A stretch of DNA of 64,000 bases from Balanoglossus misakiensis (taxonomy: Eukaryota; Animalia; Hemichordata), in NCBI GenBank assembly GCA_040954595.2, contig CM082579.2, positions 10,529,625 to 10,593,624 on the forward strand, read 5' to 3'. Positions 17,001-30,412 of this stretch are shown in pieces; position 1 is the stretch's first letter; each line of letters opens with the position of its first letter. Under the pieces are notes generated by a model. The model did no database searches, was not told where the DNA came from, and saw only the letters and a program-made list of their open reading frames with translations. The position numbers were made by a program, and so were the translations under genes.

Positions 17001-20000
17001 GGAATGGAGTGTCAGAGCTTCCTTATTGGACAACTCGCTATGCAAATATGATCAATGGAACAGGTCAGCATACATGTAGTACTTTTTCACATTAAATGTT
17101 TACATCAGTGGAACGTCATCAGTGCTTGTTTGTCTCAAAAGGTCCTTAAAGCGCGTACCTCGTCTCACACGCATGTTCCAACTGTAGCCGCTGGTTACAG
17201 ACGTTTAGTGAACAGTCAATCCCATAAGGCAGTGCTCTGTCCTAACAACAGAGAAGATGGCCGCGACCATACTCTGTGTCAGAGATCGTGAAAAGACACC
17301 AGCTTGGGTGAAAAGGAGGGACAAAACCAGAATCTACTTATACGGTGCGCATGAAATATGGAAGGAAGCGAAGGCAGTCTACTATTTGAATGCATTGAAC
17401 GGAAAATTAGCTGGGAAGTTACGCGCATGCGCGTGAGACGATATATTGCCTTTAAATCAAAAAGTGTTCCTGAGGTCTGTCTGTCTGCTTGTATGTATGT
17501 CATGGACATCACAAGAATTGCCAAACGGCATGTTTACTAATCATTCTGTTCGTTTCTTCACAATCCCTTTCATTCATTATTACTGTACTTGTAAGTAAGC
17601 ATTAAACTCTCAGCTTTTTTCTGTCATAGATGCATCATTAAATCCACCGTTTGCACACCCAGACCATCCCCACTATGTTTTTGCATCTACTACTTGTAGG
17701 TATGTTGGAATCCAAGTTTGAAATATTTTCCTTCCTTAGACAGAATGTTATGCAGAATTGATTTTATGGCAATCAATGCATGTGTGATGTATAGTCAATA
17801 CTGTCTCACGTGCAAAATAGTAATGTCAATGACTGAAATCTCCTGTTTAATATTTTGATTCGCAGAAGGAATGCCATTTAAAGGATGAGAGAAACTACCT
17901 TGCCTGTGATAATTGTCACATGAAATAATGGCATTTTAATAAAAAAATTATGAATAAATATTACATATAAAGCATGCTGTTGAATCTGTCAGCAAATTAG
18001 GGCATCTCACAACTATTCGATAGTGCAATATAAACTGATAATCCAAGTGTTTTTCACCAGTTTTGGTGATCTGCATGAATCATTCACAAATCTAGTGACA
18101 CTTATTTTTTGTCTGTCATTTGTGGGTTTACAGGTCTCTAAATGCTGAGTTTCAAAAGCCAGTCCATATAAAAGGCGTCCTCGCCAATAAATTCCATATG
18201 TCGGAGCGAGCATTAGCCAATGCATCAGTAGAACCCGACAACATTGGATTTTGCACACCAGACGCCCACCACTGTCTTCCCAGTGGCCTGTTGAATATTA
18301 GTAAATGTCAGCATGGTAAGTGATATACAGTATGCATTTGGTTTAATTTTCAGTGTTAACTATTTGAGAATTGTTTTTTGTGAATGTTCCACTTACAAGT
18401 ATACGGTCACCCCAATTTATAAATGCCCATATATGGCTAAAATGGCGTATCTGAGTGTGCCAAATAACAAGTGGTGGCGCTCTTTTTTTTTCGCGTGTGC
18501 CACCCACTGAAAATCTGTGATTGGCTTGATCTCAATTTGCCATGGTAACCTTAGTTAAATTTGCATAGGTGACCGTATACCTTTAATTACATCCTCCTTT
18601 TGAGCCAACAAATCTGTAGCTTGGGATGTTGGTCTTGATATCCTAAAGAGACAATAATACATCTGTATTAATTGTACCAGATCATTAAGAACTCGGCTTG
18701 TAATACTTCAAAGGAAAAGTTTTCTCACATTTGACAATTTTTGCATGCAGGGATGCCGGCATCACTGTCATTCCCACATTTCCTGTACGCCGATCCCAGA
18801 GTAGTCCTTCCAGGAATGAATCCCAACAAAGATGAACATGAAACCTTCATCACTATTCATCAGGTAAGTTGTAATGCACCCCCAACAGCAGCTGACAGTA
18901 CACTTTGCTAATGTGGAAATGATTTCAAAACTTGTGGTTGTGGCTTTTCTGGGGGGTGGGGGGGGGGGTCTTCAGCAAATCCCTTTTTTCTTTCTTTCTT
19001 TACTTCCCTGAGCAGTGTAGACACACAAGCAAATACACGACAATGTGTGCGTGTGCATTCTTGGTCAAGCCGTATTCAGAAAATGTACTGTGATTTACGA
19101 AAGGATTTCCGTGAATTTTTTATGCAATGTCTTGATGTGTGGTACACGGACAGGAACTACAATGTGCCAGATGAAAGTCACAAAGTCAAAATTAGTGTGC
19201 CCACTGTGAATGTAATGTATTTTGTTGTCACGTGATTACAAAAAGCTCACATACACCAAGGAACTGGGATAAGATTAAGATACTTAGTGTCACGCTTGCT
19301 TTTAGCTTGTGCGAGGCAAAATAGAATTCAAATCCAGATGCTTGGTGTGTGTGAGATTGCTAGTGTATGGAAGTCAATCGAAGTGTGGCATAGACAATAA
19401 AAATAAATGATACATGTATATCATTTTGCCAATTTCACATTCCATATGTGTCTAGAAATAATTTGCAATCAGTAGTTGTAGAAAAAAATGTACAAAAAAT
19501 TAGATAATTTAATGATAAGTTCTGAATTGTGTTGTTCCATTAATGCAATCACACACGATTGCAGAGAATGTCTTACTTTGAAAGTACTTTGGGAACATGA
19601 ACAACACATTGTAAATTGATTTTGTCAACAATTCTGAACCAACAAGAATGTTTCCTCCATTGTATGTAGCTGACTGGTATTACTATGCAAGTAGCAAAAC
19701 GCATACAGATTAATATGCAGATGAAGCCGGACAAGTATTTCAAGTGAGTGATTGTGATATCATGTGATGATATGTAAATTGTTCACTTCATTCATTCCTC
19801 TGGTTCAAACTGTCTTTCTATGTTGCAAGACTTCGAGGCTATGTGTCCTGTCCTGTCTTGGGTTGCATGCACGGATCCCAGATATTAAAATCTTCCATTC
19901 ACCAGGTCATCATTGTATTAAAACCAGATATACTTTGAACTGTTACTTTTCATTTCAAATTAGTGTTAAATTACAAACAAACCATAAGAACACTATTTTA

Positions 20001-21574
20001 ATGGCAAACAAATATCTAAAATTATTTTTTACAGACAGCTGTCTTCAGTAGCAGAAGTATTTTATCCAATGATTTGGCTGAATGAGGTCAGTATCTATCA
20101 TTATGACCTGCCTCAGACATGAAAACTATAAACGGTGTCAAAATCTTCCATATCATGTCAAATAATAAAATTTGTATCAATATTTAAACTTATTTCTTCA
20201 AACTTTGAGACAGGTTATTCCTATTTGATAGAATTTTGTGCTACCCCATTGAACCAATTAGCAAGATTGAGTTTAAAAGCCCCTGCAAAAGCTGCCAATT
20301 GTGAAATTGTTATCATAATTTTACTTCAAACTCAAGGGGTTCTCTAGTGAATTTTTTTTATTCTGCATAGTGCATTGATTTTTAATTTGCATTGTAAATT
20401 GCCAACCTTCACAACTTAAGTTTTGACATTGCATTGGAGTATAGCATAACCATTATAGTCGGCTGCAAATATGGGTTGACCCCCCAAAACTTGCAATAAA
20501 AGGTGTCTCAACGTTTTCCTATAGAATCGAATGTGCTTATTATTAACATACTCAAAGTCTACCAAAATCGGATGACCAGAAACACATCATTTTCAACGCT
20601 TGTTTGGATTAGAGGTTTAGTATGTTATTAAGCACATTCGATACTATAGAAAACCATTGAGAAACCTTTTGTAGCAATGAATATCACTGATTTAGAATAA
20701 AGAATACTTGTAGTTATGGCCATTTTAAGTATGCGGCAGCCATCTTGGACGCCATCTTGAAAATGGCGTATATGTATTTCCGTGTAATCCTCAAATGGGA
20801 CCACAGTGTCCTTGACGCTATGTTTGTTTTTTCCTCAACAGAGTTTTGTCCTTTCAAATGATGAAGCAAATAAATTTCTATCTTCAGTACAAACACCGTT
20901 GAAATTATTTCAAGCACTGCAGTTTACATTAATTGCAATTGGTGTGTTGTCTATACTTGTTGCTATCTTCTTGTATGTAAGAAGATGGGTCAAAACAGGG
21001 CAAGAGGTAAGGACAATTTTTTTTTTTCATTCTTTCTTATAGAAATGTAGACTTGTTCACTTTTCACTGATATTGATTGCCCATGATATGATTTATCAGT
21101 TTGTTAAATTATTATTACTATTGTAAATAAAAATTGTTTAAAATGCGCTACACATACGTTTCAGCGCACTGTACATAGCTAAAAGAGTAGATTAAAAAGT
21201 ACTAGGCTGGATAAAATAATTAAAAGAAAGAAAAAAAAAAGAACACGAACACATGAATAACGTTCATAAACTGACTGCTGGTATAGCTACTTTGATAGAT
21301 AAGAATGCACTGTCAATCTACGCCTGTTCACACTGACTGTTTTTTTTCTAAACTTTTGATGAATATTACACCTCACACTTCCAAATCTGCTCATGGAATC
21401 TGTTTCGTTTCATATTATACATCCATCTTTTGGCTGACGACAAATTTTCAACTTGTCTTCATTCACTGCCATAATAATCAATCTACATGTAATTTCTTCT
21501 CTCAACAGAAAAACTTGAAAGTACAGGCTGAAGAAACAACTCAAGTAAATGAGAGTACTGCCTTAATTAACTAA
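14028..21574 (+). CDS. SCARB2: CD36/SCARB family scavenger receptor, LIMP-2 (SCARB2)-like paralog A, about 495 aa
   Basis: Exons 14028-14135, 14597-14763, 15593-15734, 16151-16357, 16922-17063, 17630-17699, 18134-18315, 18751-18863, 19670-19743, 20035-20086, 20842-21006, 21509-21574 (1488 nt). N- and C-terminal TM helices. Motifs EKGPYSYR, IWGYNDP, ANMINGTD, CLPSGLLNISKC, SFPHFLYAD, AKRIQIN, YPMIWLNE; C-terminal ESTALI dileucine signal. The symbol denotes the family, not proven orthology. Confidence 0.92.
14979..15075 (-). mobile_element. piggyBac-like (TTAA/CCCT) short MITE, decayed
   Basis: Its reverse complement matches the element at 46396-46491 (TTAACACTTTCA..CATGGT..TCCATTGTTTTC..AAAGGGTT). 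Confidence 0.55.
15135..15543. mobile_element. MITE with imperfect TIRs of about 38 bp (Harbinger/Kolobok-like ends)
   Basis: Left end TAAGAACTGTCTCAGGTTGTCACATGAGCTCAACAAA; reverse complement of right end TAAGGGACTGTCTCAGATTGTTAAATAAGCTCAACAAA. Confidence 0.7.
17146..17455. mobile_element. TTAA-flanked MITE (Kolobok-like)
   Basis: Imperfect TIRs TTAAAGCGCGTACCTCGTCTCACACGCATG ... CATGCGCGTGAGACGATATATTGCCTTTAA. Confidence 0.65.
18393..18586. mobile_element. TTAA-type MITE (Kolobok-like)
   Basis: TIRs GTATACGGTCACC ... GGTGACCGTATACCTTTAA. Confidence 0.65.
20491..20677. mobile_element. Decayed foldback element with inverted arms of about 60 bp
   Basis: AAAAGGTGTCTCAACGTTTTCCTATAGAATCGAATGTGCTTA pairs with TAAGCACATTCGATACTATAGAAAACCATTGAGAAACCTTTT. 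Confidence 0.65.
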
Positions 21575-21766
21575 ATGTGAACATTTATCCATGAAATTGC
21601 TTTTCCAAATTTTTGTTGTTTTTTTATCTGAGGGAAAGTAATGTGTCCTGTGTGTTGAAGAAAAATTTCTGTATGCAAGTGTTTTTCTTATAAATAAATG
21701 TCCACGATATATTGTATGATGATGATTGTTATACAAAAGGACCTAAAAATAAATACATGTAACAGG

Positions 21767-21860
21767 TTAAAGCCTCAGTAGCTGCCAGTTATAGCATATT
21801 TCTTCTTATCCTAAATCGAAATTGGAAATAATGCAAAAATTGGCAGCTATTGGGGTTTAA
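21767..21860. mobile_element. Tiny TTAA-flanked MITE just 3' of SCARB paralog A
   Basis: TTAAAGCCTCAGTAGCTGCCA ... TGGCAGCTATTGGGGTTTAA. Confidence 0.65.
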
Positions 21861-23004
21861 TGGTTCATTTTTAAACTGAAATTTATGCAGTATGGAATCT
21901 GTAGAATGTACAACATGGAAAAGACAAGTATATTATGCTAATGCAAACAAAATGAGGAAAAGCTGTCAGAATATTTTTTATTATTAAAAAAAACAACCTT
22001 AATTCTTGTTTATACTGCACCAACTGCATGTACTTTAAGTTTTAAAGAGACTGACTCCTTGTCACATTTTATAGCTACCTTTTCAGGCTGACTTTCGATT
22101 GCTTGTTTTACTGATACCAGGTTCACACGCGAAAAAATTTGAGACACTTTTTGCCTATGGTAAGCACACAGCATTAATCCTTCGAGTCGCGTTGTGTCCA
22201 CACACAGAATTTAGGTATATATAGACGCTGAGGCTCAGTCCCATAGACAATGGGTTGCGGAGAGGTGTTAATCCTTATACACCAGCTCAGGTTTGACCGG
22301 CAAAGCCGTCTCAAATCTAAGCTGTTTCAGGACCACTTGCACCGTCCAGACACGTTTTTTTAAAGACGGTATCTGATCTGAGATGCTTCAAAACCGTCTT
22401 AATGGTGTGTGTGTGACCCCCATAATATGATTTTATTACTGTGTTTTTTATAGTCACCTTTGTTTCCCTTGACTCTTTAACATGTGGGTATTGTTATGTA
22501 TTTCATAGTTGTTTGTTCATATGTCCTCTGTGTGTTTTGGATATTTTTTTTTATTCTATCAGCATTTCATCCCAGTCTATATAACTGAGGGACCTACCCA
22601 GTGTAATTATTTAATTAAAGAAAGAACATCTGTTCAGTAATATTGTGATCAAGTTCACTTGAATTATAAAGACTTTGAATGTTCAATGTCCTTTCGTTGA
22701 TTAACCTGATGTAAGCATATGGCATGTTGCCATCGAATAAAATGTAATTTTTATACTCGACGCAACACAATATGTGTTCAAGAATTTGAATGGTCTATGC
22801 TTTGATTTTGATATTCATTTTAGATAATTTTATACTTATGTCCTATGTTATTATTTGGTGTTAATATTAAACCGCAGTGAGTTGCCACTCTTTGCACTAT
22901 TTTCATGGGTATACGTTATCATCAAGCCTTGATTATAACTACAAGTAAATGTGAACGTTCTCCCATTCAGTCAACCTCCTATTGCTGGAGAGCATACTAC
23001 TATC

Positions 23005-23098
23005 CAATCTGATTAAAATCAGATGTAGGGAACGGCGACGTCTTTTTTTATGCTGTCGAAGACCTCGCCATTCCCTACATCTGATTTTAATCAGATTG
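23005..23098. mobile_element. Palindromic MITE (CAA..TTG ends, 9-bp TSD), AcademH-like
   Basis: 28-bp perfect TIR CAATCTGATTAAAATCAGATGTAGGGAA. Flanks ACTACTATC and ACTACTGTC. A second copy lies at 46904-47033. Confidence 0.85.
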
Positions 23099-23171
23099 AC
23101 TACTGTCGTAGTATTCATGTTGAGTTTACAACTCCTGCCTTTTTGTCTAGTGCCTCTGGCATTACAAACCC

Positions 23172-23224
<53 letters not shown>
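23172..23224 (+). repeat. (TAGA)n microsatellite
   Basis: About 13 units. Confidence 0.95.
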
Positions 23225-23781
23225 CGGACAGACGCAAATACGCAAACCCAAAATGTGGGTCTGAAATGACACATAGTTGGGCTTCTTGGGAACATGTACG
23301 TTAAAAGTATTCAACTATAGTCTGTGTCGGGAATATGAAAACACTAGAAAGCTTGTAACACAATGGAAATGACTAGAATCATGTGCTGTTTTAAATTTCT
23401 ACAAAACCTGAAGATAGGTTTGCAGATCCTTAAAACCTAAACGATACTAGACTGGGGAGTTATGACTCTGGACAACCATGAAGACTAAGGTTATACAGCA
23501 CTTTCTGTGGAAAAAAATTCAGTCCGTAGATTCGTTGTCTACCATATATCTAAAATCAAAACCCTCCAGAACAACTAGGCTCTTTACGGAGTGTTTTCAC
23601 GTGTGCAGGGAGGTGTGTCCACGTTATATCGACTACTCCATTGTTTATCGCACTTTGGACTGATAACAGAAAATTGATTACAAAGTTCGTTGTCCTCAGT
23701 TCATGGTCCGATGCCGACTATGGCCAGGTTCATTCATCAAACTGGACTCGAAACAGTAAGGATTTTCACAGGTGGACAGCA

Positions 23782-26700
23782 ATGGCAAACGGTGTTGTTA
23801 TAACTGGCGTAATCGGTGTTATAGTACTAGCACTTGGCATCGCCCTCATTCCGACACTTCAGGTTGTTACACACAGCATCATTACAAAGGTAAGAACCCG
23901 ATTGTGACAAGCCATCAACAGTTCACAAATATTTTTGATCAGTGGCTGCTGTTTCTGATTAAGGACAGTGTTGACATTATAAACACTATAGCTAGAAATA
24001 TTTTGTGGTAATGTTTACTGTATAGATACAGCCTATATCACTAACATCTTACAGTGAAGAGCCTTGGCCACAAGGTATGCTTTAATCCCTGCCAAGATCT
24101 TTCAACTATTTTGACGCGGAGAATTCACTCATAATGTTCAATCGTAAAAATACAAATTTTCAACTGAAATTCTGCGCAATAATTATTTCGTAGAATAGAG
24201 ATACAGTGGCCATATGGGCTTACACCTTCGAGCGCATTTTGAAGAAGATGATATCGATAGCAAATATCTCTCAGGTACCAAACGTCAAAGTTGATTTCAT
24301 TTGTTCGATCATATTTTTAAAGAACTAGGCTACTTCAAATTACTGTTTTTGTATGATTTTTTCATGTTAGTTCATTATCCTTCCATTCAGGAACTAACGC
24401 TTTCACCGACTTCATTTGTGTACGACACGTGGGCCAATGCTGGGAATAGTAGTGCACACGTATATCTACAAGTATGGGTCTGGGATTTACAAAATGAACA
24501 TGAAGTACTTAATGGAGCTAAACCCTTTCTTACAGAGAAAGGTCCGTATACTTACAGGTAAGAAGTTATAAGTTTGTGCTAGATTACTCGTACTTATATT
24601 GTCTGATTATAAGCAAATATTGTTGAAGTGTGTCTGACCGGTAGGAAATCGTGGTTATGAAAATGTATGCATGCACTAGTTAGTAGATGGATAAGATATT
24701 GCTTGGAAAATTAACACTACAATTTCCTAATTCCTCATGAACAATTGAAATTTGCGTGTACGCGTAAAATATTTAAATAATAAGTAATAAGAGCGGAATG
24801 TTGACTTACTGGAAACATGTCAGTTTACCTAACATTCGTATACATTTTTTTTCAGAGAATCTCAGGTGAAACACAATATCACATTCAATGATAACAGAAC
24901 TGTATCTTATACACCAGTGACTGAGTATATATTTCTACCCGAGATGTCAGTGGGGCCAGAGACTGATACATACACTGCACTCAATGCGCCACTTGTGGTA
25001 AGATAACAATGCAATTATCATCATCATCATCATCATCATCATCAAGAACACATCAACACGACCACCACTACCACAACGACAGCAACAAACATCATCATCC
25101 CCATCAGTATCACCACCACCGTTGTAATCTTGAAGAGCATAAGGAAATGATCCGATGTGTCACACTCGCTACTTATTTTCATTGTCATTTACTTCCTACA
25201 GATAATCGCACATTTGTTACGGAATATGCCTTCACTAGTTCAAGAATTTGGTGACGTCATCGCCGAACTTACCAAGGATACGGATCTTTTTATAACGTTA
25301 AGTGTCCGAGATATCATCTGGGGGTATAATGATCCTATATTTGAACTAATATACCGCCTTACTGGAACTGCACTCTTACCTGGACCTCAATTTGGAATCA
25401 TGACAGGTGTAAGAAATTCACCTTTGACGTATTTGTCTGGCAGTGGTTTTACTAACTTCTCTTAAAAGTGATTTTGACTATTCCTTGTTCTGGGCCGGCG
25501 TCAGATTTTTAACAAAGTCAATACCCGGTTTACATTTTATTGCATTCTTTATCTAATGTGTTCACTTCTTTTCCATTCTCACGTTATACGCAGAAAAACA
25601 AGACTGGTTGGCAGACCTTTTCGGTCTTCACCGGTGAAGATGACATCACAAAATTAAACATTATCGACAGGTGGAATGGGGTGACAGAGCTTCCTTATTG
25701 GACAACTCATTATGCAAATATGATCAACGGGACAGGTGGGCAAAGGCGGTTTATGAGCATCAGTGTGAATCAAAAGTTAACCTCATAAATCTGTATTGAA
25801 CTCCTCTTCTTGATAAACAAGGCATCGCAGTATCATTCGCAGGTGATACAAAGCTCAGCTTTAGTCTGCGTTCTGATGGGAAATCTAGATCTGCCGACAG
25901 TCGCAAATGCATTTCAACAAATCCTCTCCAAGTCATAAATTTCGAACGGAAAGGCGCTCTTCTACTTGTGTTTAGGTCAAATTAACAGAGGGGCAGAATC
26001 TTGTCGAGATTGTTTACCTTTATAAGAAATAATACGAGACCCAGACATTCCGCGAATATCGACAAGGCTTATGATTTCTTTTCTTTATACAGATGCGTCG
26101 TTAAATCCACCGTTTGTACATCCAGATCAGCCCCACTATGTTTACACAGCCGTTGTTTGTAGGTAAGTTGTATGTTAATGTTGGCAAATCTTCCCTGGCG
26201 ATAGTGGGGATTCGTTCCCTTCGCAGGTAGGCCTGCAGTGAGCTGATCTACCCACTGAAGACAAACCTAGTGGATCGTCAGATGATCGATATCAATAATA
26301 TCGGAATTAGCCCCAATAATTGATCAATATTAGAACAGTCTATTCTTCTATACATTACAGATCTCTTGTTGCGCAGTTTGAAAGAACAGTCCAAGTAAAG
26401 GGTATCAGTTCCAACAAGTTCCGTATCTCAGAATCCGTGTTGGCCAATGCATCGGTACATCCTGACAACGTGGGTTTCTGCACACCCGACGATCACCATT
26501 GCCTTCCCAGTGGCCTATTAAACATGAGTAACTGCCAACATGGTAGGTTATCGTAATGTCAACACTGCAATATATTTGTCATTGCGTCAGCTTCAACTGA
26601 AAGATGTTTTTTTGCACATGACGGCTAATTCAAACCAGCGAACCTTTGGTGGCGAAATTACGGCTGATGCAGTAGTCTCGGTTACCCAGAGCCCTCTGCT

Positions 26701-29212
26701 TCTTCCGATGAGCACTCCAGAAAGAGGGTCTTGGGAAACACCATCGGCCGACTTGAGACAAAAGCGATGCATGACGGGAGTGCCCAACGGAAGAAGCAGA
26801 GGGCTCTGGGTAACCGAGACTACTGATGCAGCTGATGTTGGTAGTTAGGGAGACTGTGTGTGAAAGACAATTCTCGTCTATTGTGACATTTCTGTTCACA
26901 TAGTACTTGGGAGTATTTTTTGGTGTGGTTGATGCGAACCAAATTCTTCAGTGAATTTTGAAAACTCATCAACATGGTTTACAAAATTAACCGCCGATTT
27001 GGCTGAAACCAATGCACCTGGTTTAATTTTTTTCAAATACTTGTTTTTAGTTTTAAATCTGTCGAAGGTTTTCTTTCGAAGGCTTTGCGAAAAACACGCA
27101 GAGCCAAGAAAGGGTGGGTAGATTCCAATTTTCTAATTTCAAGTCAATATGTCATCGGAATTTGATTTGCGCTTCAGGACTTGTACATGGCGGAGACTGT
27201 TTGCCAAGTATTTCAAATAAAAAGAATACACTTCACAAGTCTGAATTGTTATATTAAAAGCAAAACCCAAGTTAGTGTCAACAAATATAACGACTTGACT
27301 GTAATGTGAAGCGATTTACAATATTGTCTTCAGGGGCACCAGCTGTCATGTCATTCCCGCATTTCCTGTACGCCGATCCCAGAGTAGTCCTTCCAGGAAT
27401 GAATCCCAACAAAGAAGAACATGAAACCTTCATCACTATTCATCAGGTATGTCACTCAGTTTTTACTTGTTTGTGATGGGACGCGATTGGCGGTTGTGAT
27501 TTGAAATTAAAACCTCTGACATTTATTAGCGAGGGCAATATCTTTTTTTTTCTACGTCACGTGGTACGGTCTCAGCCAATCAAGAGTACGGAATACAGCG
27601 TGAGGTGTAATAATATCAGATAGAGGTTGTATCAGTACATACGTGACTTTGCCGTAACTATTAACGCAACACATTTCTAAATAACAGTAATTCTTACCTA
27701 ACATGAACGATTTATCCATTGCAGCTGACTGGTATTACTATGCAAGCTGCAAAGCGCATGCAAATAAATATGCAGATAAAACCGGATAAGTATTTCAAGT
27801 GAGTTATATCATGTGCTAATATGTAAATTGGTCACTTTATTTTTTTTTTCCATTTTTGGATTACCCTTGTATGTTAGTATCCAAAAATTATATTTAAAAA
27901 ATATGACAATACTTTCATTTTTTCCGAACGTACATCCTTAAACAATGTTCTGATAATTGTATTCCTTACAACTAACTTGCCATTTTTAATCACAATTGAT
28001 TTACTGAAAGGAAGAGTTTGTCAATCTGAAATTTATTTTCCAGACAGCTTCTTTCAATACCGGAGGTGGTTTATCCGGTGATCTGGTTAAATGAGGTTGG
28101 TGTATACTCTCTCATTATAAAATAATATCATTCGCAACCCAGAACGGTCTACACCCAAAGAAAGAAATAACTAGTGTCCCCTTGCAGACAAAGAAGCAAG
28201 CATTGTTAGGCAACAAGTAATAACTTAGACACTCCCCGTCACAACCCTCTAGAAGCAGGATTTTTTGCCCAATTTTGATTCTGACGTCATTGCTAAAATT
28301 GAGGAGGGGGGGTCTTGCACTACACTACACATGTTTGTGTTTATTATGAATTCCTGCGTTGGTGTAATTGATTCACGTGATTCTAAATTTTGTCAGTGTT
28401 TAAACGGTTGTCTCCGTGTACAACTTGAATTAATAGCGAATCGGACTATACTCATAACGCTTGCTGGGGTATACTTACACGCGTAATTTTGCTCTTTTCT
28501 GTCCGATAGAGTTTCGTATTTTCGGATGAAGACGCTGATAAATTTCGATCTGCACTTGAAACACCATTAAAGCTATTTCAAGCTCTACAGATTGTGGCGA
28601 TTGGCGTTGGTGTTTTGACAATACTTGGTGCTATCATTTTATATGCACGGAGACGAGTCAGAAAAGGGAAAGCGGTAAGTCACATATTTATCCAGAATTA
28701 TTTTTGCTGCAGAAACAGGAAATGTTTCGGTCTTTCAAACGTCTGCATTCAGCGCGTTGTGATGAACTTTCGTTTAATCAAAGACATTAGTGAATGTATG
28801 TAACAATCAGATAGAGCATGTATTTTCCTCTGTCTCCGTGGTTGAAATTCATGATTGAAATAAGAAAAACATTTTCAACTTTACTGGAAAAAATAAGGAT
28901 GGTTGTCTACTGTAAATAATCCCCAGTGACGAATGTGTTCTGTAGTAATCTAAATATTTTATCTTAACAGAATGTCGACGTCATATCATATACATACTCT
29001 TGGAAATAACTTCAACTTCCTTTATCCGTATTTGAGTATTTTGCGTTCGTGTACTGACGTCACTGACTTTTGTTGAATTAATTAGACGAAGCGCGTCAAA
29101 GAGGAAGCCTATCTATTCAAACGATTCTTTCTTTTTTCAACAGCAGGATACCCTGAAGGAAAGCCCTCCTGAAGCAGATCGGATAAATGACAGCACCGCC
29201 TTAATTAACTAA
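23782..29212 (+). CDS. SCARB2: CD36/SCARB family scavenger receptor, LIMP-2-like paralog B, about 496 aa
   Basis: Exons 23782-23889, 24391-24557, 24856-24997, 25202-25408, 25594-25735, 26093-26162, 26361-26542, 27334-27446, 27725-27798, 28044-28095, 28510-28674, 29144-29212 (1491 nt). Exon sizes and phases match paralog A apart from 3 nt in the last exon. C-terminus DSTALIN. Confidence 0.92.
26673..26822. mobile_element. Internally deleted copy of the TAGTCTCGG family, perfect 9-bp TSD
   Basis: Arms of about 46 bp. TSD CTGATGCAG at 26664-26672 and 26823-26831. Confidence 0.9.
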
Positions 29213-30412
29213 TTACATTGCACAAGGAAATGTTGTCCATGAGGATTATGATAAGCACCATGTTATGATAAATGATGTTTGTATAAAAGATTTCGTCACT
29301 TTTTTTACTGCTATGATACAACTGTCAACATTTTTAAGCATGTCAAAAGCTCTCATATCTGAACAACATGTCATATTATGTTGACCATCTATCAAAAGCT
29401 TTTGACTCCAAGCAACAGGTGGACTCGATTTATCTGGATCTTAGCCAGGCTTTTTGACTCTTTCAAATACTTGTATGCGCCTGATTCAGATCGACCCTAT
29501 CCATCGTACGTTCTCAAAAGCAACTTGGCTTGGTGGCGGAAATTGACAACTTATCTCAAAGATTGGGGGATTATTTTTGGTAGAGACATGGGGCTTCAAT
29601 GGGGATAGATTTTCTTTTAACGCTCACGCCTGCTGGCAATGTTGTTCTAAGGATGTCCGCAAATGAACATATCTCCGCTTACTGAATTTTTTTAACGTTT
29701 CGTGCAGCAAGCAATTTGGCCACTTCTGTCCTCGCTTGTCTGGCATATCTCTGTCACGTGATCTTGACCTCATCGCATTGAGAGGATTTTCAAGGTAAAC
29801 GCACTATCGTACCGTTGTATCCTTAACCTTTCGTCAATTCTGTGTGCAGTGTCTTTCGTGATGGCGGCCAGCATAGCGCAACATGCACACACTAGACAAT
29901 GTCTGTCGCCGTTCTAAATAGTGTCGCCCTACTACAAGGGTGATAAAGAAAATGAATCAATCATTTCAGAATCATCTGGTCCTTCAAAGAGTAACTTCGA
30001 AGCGATGTGTCATGAAAACGATTTCGGAGTTCGGACGTGCCATTCAGTAATAGACAGTTGTTTACACAAGAGTATTGCGTGTTAAATCTAATTGAAATGT
30101 CAAATACAAGTGCATGGTATGTGAAAATCGATTTTTTATGAAATTTGTAATAAAAAGTATTCAATTAGATAATAATATTGTAGACTGAAGACTCTTCCGT
30201 AGGATTATAGAGACAATCATATTGACTTCATGGACTTGGTGACCCTGGAATTTGGACTCTCAGAACCTTTGACATCACATGACCAGCACGTTTGGATTCA
30301 ACAATGCCTGTCCCCAAAACACCCCTTCCCTAAATCTTAATTTTGAAGTAACACTTTCCAAGTCTTGCGATAGACAATCTTTTACAATAACACCAGTTCG
30401 GTACGCATAATT

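Noticed and set aside
22939-23295. Self-similar ORFs (NLIKIRCRE..SLHLILIRL), also at 46893-47165
   Set aside because: They are translations of a palindromic MITE plus a (TAGA)n repeat.
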